64,000 nucleotides of DNA from Eledone cirrhosa (taxonomy: Eukaryota): positions 320,044,001 to 320,108,000 of the forward strand of contig OZ024740.1 of NCBI GenBank assembly GCA_964016885.1, given 5' to 3'. Of the stretch, positions 54,040 to 64,000 are shown piece after piece. The stretch's first letter is position 1. Each line of letters starts with the position of its first letter. A model generated the notes under the pieces. That model saw only the letters and a program-made list of their open reading frames with translations, did no database searches and was not told the DNA's origin. A program made the translations under genes and the position numbers.

Positions 54040-54670
54040 GACGAGAATGTTTCTCAACCGTTTTTTCAACGCAAAACACTAAGGTCACATTGTCAGAGCT
54101 ATGATACGTACCCTAAAAGACGAGGGAATATAAGATGTTCGATGTGTTAGAGTGGTGGAGGCGCAACGTGGCAACAGCTACAATCCATTATTTTAGAGGC
54201 TAGAATGGGCGCGAGATATTTGGTTTCAGTCAATTGAGTGCAGCTTTTCAACAGCATTTTACAAAACTGTTCGGGAGAAGCGACGGACGGGTCAGAGATG
54301 GTGGTGGACTTTTGTGTCTACCTCGACAGTAGATGATCTTAGTGGCTGCGAAAGGCCGATGGTAACAGCTGCAATACAGTAATCGTCTAGTATGGATGGT
54401 CAGTCCTACCAGTTTTACAAGACTTGTTGTGCGACGTCTTGACGGATGTCTACTTCAACAAGAGAATTCCTAATTCTTTTAGCCTGGACTGGTAGTGCTG
54501 CTGAGAAAAGATGCAATCAAGGGGGACTTAATAGTTAATTTCCGGTTTATAACTTTACTCAATGTTGGCGATTGTCGTAAAGGGTTTGGTCAGGGAAGCA
54601 CAACTATATAGAATGCGTAACATATCTATCCACGACGAACTCCACTTCATACGATACATCAGACAAAATT
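54040..54670 (+). mobile_element. Decayed L1/Tx1-like RT fragment
   Basis: DGQSYQFYK; GLVVLLRKDAIKGDLIVNFRFITLLNV; SIHDELHFIRYI. Confidence 0.6.
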
Positions 54671-55512
54671 ATGTCTATAAAGTTGTTAAGAAAATGTTTG
54701 CGTCCATAGTGGAATATTTTCAACTTTGTCGACTTTCCGGTAAATTTCTAAGATTTTGCCTGGTGAATATATACTGCGTCTATCTTCTGTAAATTTCTTT
54801 CCGAAACTATCTAGTCATTTATCAATTCTATGAGTAGGCGTGCTGATCAGAGGAGATATTTTGTTTGTTAATTTTTATGGTACTATAAATGTATGCAGAG
54901 CTAAACTTTCCTATCTACTGGAAAGAAATTGTTCCTATTAGAGTGCTTGCAGCGCTAATTAACTTATTGAGAGAATTTAATTTGTTTGCTGTGCAGTGTT
55001 GTCTTTCCTAATTTTGATGAATTCGTTGCAGTTATGTAGTATATTGTTCATTTTTGTAATGTATTCATTTTTGTTGATAATAGCGTTAGCGTATGGCTAT
55101 TCCATTCGTGTTTGTCAAGTCTTGCTGAGCTCGTTTCAGATTCTTGTTAAGGGCGCTTTTGTTATGTTTATATTTATCTTTATACATAAATAAATCTCAC
55201 AATTTGTCATCTGGTGTTAAGGCATATATACAGTTATAAACACAACAATAACAATACACTTAAGAAGAAACTTAAATATGCACTGCAGGTTTCCCAAAAT
55301 AACGATTAAAATATAATAAAAGAAAAAAACATATGCAAAATATTTGATTCCTTAAATTTACAAATCAATAGTCTTATTTTTAAAATCACACAACAAGCTC
55401 ACCTCTTTCTTAGATGTTTTAGGTTGGAGCAAAAATAATTGGGCTTTTTAATCATGAAATTGAAAATAATGTATCTGAAAACCAGAATAAATTCCATTAA
55501 TTATTTCTTTAT

Positions 55513-55735
55513 TAGGGCGGCGGATTTCAGAGTCGGTAGAGCGTCGGACAACATGCTTTGTGGCATAGAGTTACTGCCTTTTACGTTCTCAGTTCAAATC
55601 CCGCTGAGGTTAGCTTTGCCTTTCATCCTTACGGGGTCGATAAAATAAAGTAGAAGTAATGCACTGGGGTCATTTTAATCGACTTTTCCCTTCTCTTCAA
55701 ATTGTTTGCCTTGTGCCAAAAGTAGAAACAATTAT
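55513..55735 (+). mobile_element. tRNA-derived SINE family A
   Basis: Consensus match. Confidence 0.88.
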
Positions 55736-55752
55736 TTCTATTTATTAAAAAC

Positions 55753-57212
55753 CTAGCAGTGGTACCCGGCGTTGCACGGGATAAGGTATTTTGGAACGCG
55801 AGCCGCCAACAGACCTAATCGTGGAAAAACTGCATGCCTGGACAATATGTAAAGAAAATAAACCGAATACTCTGATGGCTGGATATCTTTAAGATTTTCC
55901 TCGATGAAGCAGGAAAAATGCAGATTTTCACCTAATACGGGGATCAAGAAAATGAATTCTTTTTATGTGCATAATATGCCTTGAAATTTCGGGAAAATCG
56001 GCCAGACGTAACGCCTAAAAAAAGCCCTAAAAAGCTGAATAAATGAAGTTTTTCACCTAATGCGGGCCCTAGGCCATACAAAAGTTGGATTTTCTTTGCT
56101 CACTGTATGAAGAAGAGACTGACTAATACATAGTTACAATTTCAAGAAAATTGGTCTGACGTAACGCCTCAAAATACCCCTAAAAAGCTGGAAAAAACGC
56201 AGTTTTTCACCTAATGCGGGCTCTAGGAGATCAAAAAGTTGAATGTTTTATGTGCATAACACTCCCTGAAACATAACGCGGGCCGCCAACAGACCTAATC
56301 GTGGAAAAACTGCATGCCTGGACAATATGTAAAGAAAATAAACCGAATGCTCTGATGCAATTAGTATTAGGATGCTTTTCCTTCCACGTGGAGAAAATCG
56401 GCTTGGTGCTTTTGTACTTTAATAAAGTGGCATGAGTCAGCAGGACAGATGTCCCCACTTATGTCAGAGGGAAGTCTGCAATGCTTGAGCAAGGCATGAC
56501 GTGCAATCGGACAGCATGTGGAGCCTTCTCGAAGGAGTCCACCGTACCTTAGTAAGTAAATGCAACTGGACAAACGTTTACCAAACTGTGGGTATAATTT
56601 AACAAATTTAGAGAGGAATGGTGTAATAAAATGGGCCCCGAGGCGCGTGCGTGTTCACTGGCAGCCCTAAACAAAAGGGTCGCCATCAGTTATTTCAAGG
56701 GCCCTTAAAATGGCCTTGTAAGCCGTTCACTGACACTCCAGTAAGGAGGGTAACCATCAACAATTTCAAGTGGTGGCCCTAAAAAGGGCCATGTGAACGT
56801 TCACTTAATAGTGACTTTGACGGCGTTCTCTGACATTTGGAGGGTGTTACGGTTGCTTCCACTGGTAGCCTTTAGAATGAATCAGAATGCGTTCGCGGCT
56901 CGTTTAACAGCCATACATTGACGCGCCGAGTGCGATGCAGACAAATATTATACAGACAGATATTATAAGGGCGCGACGTTATATGTATGTATCTATCTAA
57001 AAAGAGAAAGACTAAGAATTATAGAGAGAGATCGCTAAATCGCCCAATGCGGTCCCTAGGGTATTGAAAATTTGAAATTACTTTTGCTCAGAACACTCCC
57101 TGAAACATAAGTATTACTTGTGTAAAGTTTGAAAACAGTCGGTTGGGTGGTTCTCAAGTTTTAGGGATTCAAACTCACACACATACAGACATCCTCAGTT
57201 TTATATATATAG
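55753..57212 (-). mobile_element. Non-autonomous Helitron-type element with internal duplications
   Basis: Minus 5' end TCTATATATATAAAA..gtctgt; 3' end hairpin cccgtgcaacgccggg followed by CTAG. About 55797-55876 is repeated at about 56277-56356. Confidence 0.7.
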
Positions 57213-57213
57213 A

Positions 57214-57727
57214 CTAGCAGAAAGCCACCCGGTGGGCGGTTTTCTGCTAGCAAATCTAGTGTATATACTGATATTGTTGAGATTTGGATGAGAAATGTTT
57301 TCGGCACCACATGTTCACCGTCTCTCGGTGTGTCTTTTATGCATGTATAAATATATATGTTATCTATACGGTGAAATCTTTGAAATAAATATATGTTAAA
57401 ACGAAAAAGGAGAAAAAGAGATTAGTGACGGAAATATAAACGTTATGATACATAAACGTTATGATATAACGATGGAAATATATAAACGTTTACGATAAAA
57501 CGATGGAAATAGAAACGTTTATATATAATGATAAGCCGAAACACTCGTAAGCCGAAACACTCGTAAGTCGAAACACTCGTAAAGCGAAACGTATAAATAA
57601 AGATTAATGCAATGAATTTGAAAAGCATAGAGATTTGAAACCGCGTCTATTTGTTTCCTTGGCATTTTTTACAGACGGACAGACAGACAAACAAACAGAG
57701 AAATGCCCATTATATATTATAAGTAGA
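57214..57727 (-). mobile_element. Non-autonomous Helitron-type element
   Basis: Minus 5' TCTACTTATAATATATAA..ctgtttgtttgtctgtc; 3' hairpin ctagcagaaa..tttctgctag ending in CTAG. Confidence 0.7.
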
Positions 57728-57990
57728 CTTGGCATGGTGTCAAGTCAGAACCGCCTCGAACTGGTTACTTCTGGCTTGTGCAAGGTGTCTCTATAGCAAC
57801 CAGCGATTCCCTCGGCCAAAGTCAGTGGAGAGGGGGAAGGTAATGTTTCTATAGCGACAGTGTTTCTCTTGGTTGTACCAAAGTGGAGAAAGGAAGGGGA
57901 AGGTAATATTTCTGTAGCACCTACATTTGAGTTTTAGGGAAGGACAGACAGACAGACAGACAGACAAACAGAGAAATGCCCATATATTTC

Positions 57991-58061
<71 letters not shown>

Positions 58062-58209
58062 CACACACAGAAATGTATATATATTTCTTAGAACAAAATT
58101 ATTATTAATGTTTTGCTGTTCATAACAATTGGAATTGAAAAATTACTTTTGAAATTATTAGTTATTTTACTAATGCTTAGATATGTAAAAATGAAGCAAT
58201 GTTTCTAAT

Positions 58210-58400
58210 AATTGTTTCTACTTTTGGCACAAGGCCAGCAATTACCCAGTACATTACTGGTACTTTATTTTATCGACCCCGTGAGGATGAAAGGCAAAGT
58301 TAACCTCGGCGGTATTTGAACTCAGACGGTAAAGGGACGTAACTCCATGCTATGAAGCATGGTGTCCGACTCTCTACAGATTCTGCCAATCCACCGCCCT
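58210..58400 (-). mobile_element. tRNA-derived SINE family A
   Basis: Consensus match, nearly identical to 29446-29622. Confidence 0.88.
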
Positions 58401-58848
58401 AATGTCTGTACGTAATGAGGGAGTGAGAGGGGAGAGAAAGAAAGGCAGAGGTGAAGTGACGAAGTGACTCTCTCCCCCTCCTCCTCCTCCATCTCCCCAT
58501 TCATCACAGCGATAGAGGGGAGGAATGTTAGTGTGTTACAAAGAGAAAGAGTGAGAGTGAGAGAAACAGACAGACTAAAAGAGAGGGATAGCTGGAGAGA
58601 GAGAGAGAGATAGCAACCACGCGCGCACGTGTTTCAACTGTCGGACAAACAGACAGAGAAATTGCTGGTTATATATTATAAGGAGATAATGATAATCGTT
58701 AGAATTTACACGTTTTTGTCAATAAGAAAACGGTTTATTTATTCGGGTAGCACAGAATTCAAATTGGCAGTTTACTATGCTCAACAAACGTCTGGGTGGA
58801 TGAACGACTGTTGCATCAAATGACTGTTCCGTCTAGATTGGTTGTTGA

Positions 58849-59050
58849 TATGAGGGTCGGCTTAAAAGATCATAGGCTGACTATGAAGGAGTGGTGCTAG
58901 AGCTGTGAAATCTTGTATGCATTAATTTCAACTCTTCTTATTAATAACTGCATTATTTCTTTCCAGGCACTATGTTGAAAAATAGACATAATTTGGTCAT
59001 TCCACGAGCGTATCTTGGTTAGCCTATGAACTTTTCAGTCGACTCTTTTA
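58849..59050. mobile_element. Mariner-type MITE
   Basis: TIRs gagggtcggcttaaaagatcataggctgac / gttagcctatgaacttttcagtcgactct, TA flanks. Confidence 0.75.
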
Positions 59051-59406
59051 AAAGCAACCCGCCCATTTATGGAACTACGTTCGAATCACTGGCGTAGTTG
59101 CGAATATAACAACATGAAGTATTCAGATTAACGAATCATTAGTGTCGTCTCTAGCTGCTTAAATATTCATGCAGTAAAACATCATTATTTTGTGTGAGCT
59201 GGGGAAGAATTCCACGTATTGGTTTTTAAAATGTTGCCTATCACTAATGGATAATCGGTGTATGATCCATCCCGCCATTACTTACAGTAATTTGATCTGG
59301 GGTTCTATTTCAGAAGATTTACTTACATAACAGATAAAATATTTGAGTTATTATGATAGCTTTTTCAGACAATTAACTCACCTTTAGAGTGTATATTTAC
59401 AACATT

Positions 59407-59735
59407 TAGGCGGCGAATTGGCAGAGTCGTTAGTACGTCAGTTAGGATGTTTTACTGTTCCGGTTCTCTGTTCTCTGACTTCAAATGCCACCGAGGTCAA
59501 CTTTACCTTTCATCCTTTCAAGGTCGATAATAAAAAACAGTACCAGTCTAGTACTAGTGTCGATTTTTCCTTTATATCCCCCCCACCACCACCACCACCA
59601 CCGCCACCACCACCACCACCACTCTCTCTATGCTTCTCGTGAAGAAATCTGCTGTATTCAGACATGGAGAGGGATGGGTTCCGTCAGACTTAAAAAGCCC
59701 AAGAAACGCCGACTACAACTACGGCACCCCCACAG
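59407..59735 (+). mobile_element. SINE family A with extended 3' module
   Basis: Same architecture as 41969-42300. Confidence 0.7.
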
Positions 59736-59964
59736 CTCCATCATAATATTCACTATGTTTCGATCGGTACAATCTCTGATCGAATCCATTTTGGGACACT
59801 ATGTATCTATGTATAAACCCGTAACTCATGATGTAGTCGTAGCGGGGGAGCGTAGCTTTTTAAACCTTAAAGAGCCCATCCATCTCCAAGTCTGAAGACA
59901 GCCAATTTCCTCCAAAGAATGAAACCCATGTATTGGACTTTTTTTTATCGACCCACACCTGATA

Positions 59965-60969
59965 TCTATCTATATAATACTAAAAGTCTGTGATGGTGTG
60001 CTTGTCTGTAATGTAATACAGCCAAAATGGCGCATCATTGGAAAATACTTTGAAAGAAAGTTGACCCTGAAATGGGAATACAAATGGAATAAAACAAGTT
60101 TCGCGTAAATCGGACCACGGGTTTCCGAGATACGGGGTTTTTCTAGGTACTTTCATAAACAGAGAGAGAAGGATAGAGAGAAAGAGATAGTGGTTGTGAG
60201 AGAGTAGATTGAAAGAGAGACATAGAGAGGGAGAGAGAATGAGACAGAGAAGGAGTATAGAAGAGAGAGAGAGAGAGAGAGAGAGAGACGGTGGAGTTGT
60301 TGTGTATATATATGTGAGTGTGTGTGTATATGACCAGTGTATATAGATCACAGACACCCACATATATATATATGTATATACACACACAGACATTTATATA
60401 TATATACATACACACACGTATACATATGGGCCTTCCAGTTTCATTTCACATTACATATATATCTGTATATTTTAATTATTTAAAAATTATTTTTAAGTAA
60501 ACATAATTTTTTTTATATTTTGAAGTGAACGTGACCCAACGGGCCACGGGTGGGCTAGTATACTACTAAAACTCTGTGATGGTGTGCTTGTCTGTAATTT
60601 AATAAAGACAAAACGGCGCACAATAGGTAAATACTTTGAAAGGAAGTTGCCCCTGAAATGGGAATACAAATGGAATAAAACAAGTTTCGCGTAAATCGGA
60701 GCACGGGTTCCCGAGATACGGGTTTTTTCCGGGTACCTTCATAAATTGAGAGAGAGAGAGAAAGATAGAGAGAGAAAGATAAATAGAGAGAAAGAGATAG
60801 TGGTTGTGAGAGAGTAGATTGAAAGAGAGACATAGAGAGAGAGAGAAAGAGGAAAATAGAAGAGAGAATTAGTGGTGTATATTTTCATTAGTTAAAAATT
60901 ATTAAGTGAACATGATTTTAAAAAGAAATTTTTAAGTGAACGTGACCCAACGGGTCACGGGTGGTCTAG
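59965..60969 (+). mobile_element. Head-to-tail pair of Helitron-type non-autonomous elements
   Basis: Two homologous units (59965-60558, 60559-60969), each ending in the cgtgacccaacggg(c/t)cacg hairpin + CTAG|T; the first starts TCTATC. Confidence 0.8.
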
Positions 60970-61378
60970 TGTAATATAAAATTCTACTGTTCAAACTGTT
61001 CATGAAATATTTTAGCAATCAGTGCTAAATACATACGATTAAGTATTTTAGTAAAATAAATACTTACCTTTGCCTCATCACACAACACTTAACCTCAGTA
61101 TGCCAACTTTCCAGCACACTTATTACGATGAATGGTCCCATTACATGTCCCTTAACTTTGTCTATCCACAGGACACCTCACCTCCACTACATCTGACCAC
61201 AGTACATCTACACAGTACTATCATCACACTTATCCACATGACATATCATCAATGAAATCAACTCCAGTCGTGTACTAGTACTTTATTTTATCGACTCCTG
61301 AAGGACGAAACGCAAAGTTGACTTTGTAAAAAGCCAGAACTAACACAGCAATAGCAGTTTATCCGGTACTCTAATAAT

Positions 61379-61678
61379 ACTGGTCAACAAATTTTGCTTT
61401 TTTTTCTGCTGACCTAAGTTTGAGACGTTCTTGAGTAATTTGGGGCCGCTGGGCTTTAAAATGACAATACTTTTTTTCTATTACGTCAAATATCCCTATG
61501 GTATTCCTATGGTATGACGAATTTTCTGTGTTTATGGGATTATGGGATAGCCGAGCGAAAGAAAAACATGAAAACCTGATGTGTTAGGGGAAAATGGATG
61601 CCATATTTGAAATCAGCCCCTCAAAATTAGCTAAAAGCAATAACAAAACGTAAGTTACCAAAAAGTGCGTTGACCAGT
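61379..61678. mobile_element. Non-autonomous DNA transposon (Chapaev/Transib-like TIR)
   Basis: TIRs actggtcaac / gttgaccagt; subterminal ccatatttgaaatcagc..aaaattag motif. Confidence 0.55.
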
Positions 61679-61784
61679 TTAATTCTACCCTTGGTCATTT
61701 TACACCTATTACATGGTCAGTACATATTGCTGACCCTATTCTTTTTGCATCCATGCGGGATCTTTTAAACCACTGTTGTCTCAA

Positions 61785-62040
61785 CATGGCCAAATGGTTA
61801 AAGGGTTCATTTCGCAATCATTGGGTTCCGGATTCGATTCCGCTGCATGGTATCTTGGGCAAGGGTCATTTACCATAGTTTCGTGTCGACCCTTTCCTTG
61901 TGAGTGAGATTGGGTAGACAGAAACTGCTTTGAAGCCCATCATATGAACTGTACCTGTAATTCAAAGGATCGGCCTTCTCACACTGGATTTCTCCGAAAA
62001 TAACGTTATGGATACATGTGTCTATGGAATGCTTAGCAAC
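61785..62040 (+). mobile_element. SINE family B
   Basis: tggccaaatggtta box A, gattcgattcc box B, conserved body. Confidence 0.75.
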
Positions 62041-62369
62041 TTATTATTGGAACGTTCATTCATTCCTTTCTGTTCGACGATTTATTTATTTTATTTTCTG
62101 GTTCTTAAGTACATAAGAAATGTATATCCCCGTGGACAGGACAACAGTCTGGTACATGTAACTTTCTTAGAAGTCTTGATATTTATAGACGACAGACAAG
62201 ACAAAATGCCTGCTGTTGGTTTGAGTTTCTTAATATAAGCTGATAACATATCTTATCTACACGGCCAGATCGCTTCTACTGCACTTATATAAGATAAAAA
62301 TTACATTCTATACCAGAAAGCTTCACAAACATCTGGAATTTTACATTTATAATCTAAACGGGGTTCCAT

Positions 62370-62600
62370 CTCTAAGTTCAAATCCAGTCGAGGTCAACTT
62401 AACCTTTCATCATTTAGAGGTCAATGAAAAAAATTATCACTCCAGAACAGGAATCGATTCTTCATCTATATCTCTTTCTTACCCCCTCTCTATCATTCTC
62501 TCCTCCGGAAGAAAACAGCTCTGTTCAGACCAGGAGAAAGGGTGGGTTCCACCAGGTTTTTACATATGCTCTATGACTCCACTAAGAGTTACGGGTTCAT
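62370..62600 (+). mobile_element. Decayed SINE family A with extended 3' module
   Basis: agttcaaatccagtcgaggtcaacttaacctttcatc..gaagaaaacagctctgttcagac. Confidence 0.6.
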
Positions 62601-63049
62601 ACATGCAGAATAATGTGGTAGTGATAATGTTAGGTGTATTGAGTTAACTGAGGTAAAATGATATATGTAAAGGCTATTGGCGAAAGATGTGTAAAGGTGG
62701 GGATGGGGATTGATAAGTAGGCGTGGTGAAAAGTGTGATCGGTGACAATAGAAGAGATAAATATACTATAGGTAAAAGAAAGTTAGTGCTGTTACTGTTA
62801 TCTACTCCAGGTCATCCATGATTAGAACATTTATGATCAAATGCACTCAAATCATGATCACTTTGTCTTTTAGAGTAGTGAGACTACAACTAAAATATTC
62901 AATGCCTGTAAGGTGTGATACAGGGAGAATTTAGTTGATATTTCTAGCAAATCGAGAAACTAGTTAGATGCTACATTCGGTCTCATGTAATAAGGTTTGG
63001 TGGAATATTGTGTAGTCATAGCAGATCTTCAGTTAGGTGTGAACAATAA

Positions 63050-64000
63050 TCAGGTACGGTGTGGTACAGGTGTAATGTAAATAGGTGTAGTGTGACCAGG
63101 TGTGGTGGAATTTGGTGTAGTGTGACCAGGTGTGGTGGTGATTGGTGTAATGTGACCAGGTGTGGTGTAATTTGGTGTAGTGTGACCAGGTGTGGTGGTG
63201 ATTGGTGTAATGTGACCAGGTGTGGTGTAATTTGGTGTAGTGTGACCAGGTGTGGTGGTGATTGGTGTAGTGTGACCAGGCCTGGTGGTGATTGGTGTAA
63301 TGTGACCAGGTGCGGTGGAATTTGGTGTAATGTGACCAGGTGTGGTGGAATTTGGTGTAGTGTGACCAGGTGTGGTGGTGATTGGTGTAGTGTGACCAGG
63401 TGTGGTGTAATTTGGTGTAGTGTGACCAGGTGTGGTGGAATTTGGTGTAGTGTGACCAGGTGTGGTGGAATTTGGTGTAGTGTGACCAGGTGTGGTGGTG
63501 ATTGGTGTAGTGTGACCAGGTGTGGTGGTGATTGGTGTAATGTGACCAGGTGTGGTGTAATTTGGTGTAATGTGACCAGGTGTGGTGTAATTTGGTGTAG
63601 TGTGACCAGGTGTGGTGTAATTTGGTGTAGTGTGACCAGGTGTGGTGGTGATTGGTGTAATGTGACCAGGTGTGGTGGAGATTGGTGTAGTGTGACCAGG
63701 TGTGGTGTAATTTGGTGTAGTGTGACCAGGTGTGGTGGTGATTGGTGTAATGTGACCAGGCCTGGTGGTGATTGGTGTAGTGTGACCAGGTGTGGTGGAA
63801 TTTGGTGTAATGTGACAAGGTGTGGTGGAATTTGGTGTAGTGTGACCAGGTGTGGTGGAATTTGGTGTAGTGTGACCAGGTGTGGTGGAATTTGGTGTCG
63901 TGTGACCAGGTGTGGTGGAATTTGGTGTAGTGTGACCAGGTGTGGTTTAATTTGGTGTAGTGTGACCAGGTGTGGTGGAATTTGGTGTAGTGTGACCAGG
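63050..64000. repeat. 30-bp minisatellite, at least 31 copies, runs off the window end
   Basis: Unit tgtgaccaggtgtggtggaatttggtgtag with gaat/taat/gtga variants. Confidence 0.96.

Overview
AT-rich, microsatellite-saturated eukaryotic DNA with one 200-N scaffold gap (4797-4996). The SINE families and repeat landscape suggest an octopod cephalopod; this is an inference. No host protein-coding exon, rRNA, true tRNA or CRISPR array can be supported, and almost all listed ORFs are microsatellite or minisatellite artefacts. The real content is mobile DNA. It includes a frame-intact 1050-aa R4/Dong-clade non-LTR retrotransposon (RT + CCHC + restriction-like endonuclease, 31226-34378, minus) and a 5'-truncated Naiad-type Penelope-like element with an inverted pseudo-LTR (2118-4579). 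There is also a same-strand RTE/CRE/RTE composite whose flank duplication seems to have seeded a 3.4-kb satellite, a young non-autonomous RTE-derived family with a covarying structured 5' end, and many tRNA-derived SINEs, Helitron-type elements, MITEs and minisatellites. The most notable signal is absent from the ORF track: about ten sequence-diverse type I hammerhead-ribozyme motifs, several with very long stem II inserts. They sit in small, often fold-back modules inserted into (TA)n tracts.
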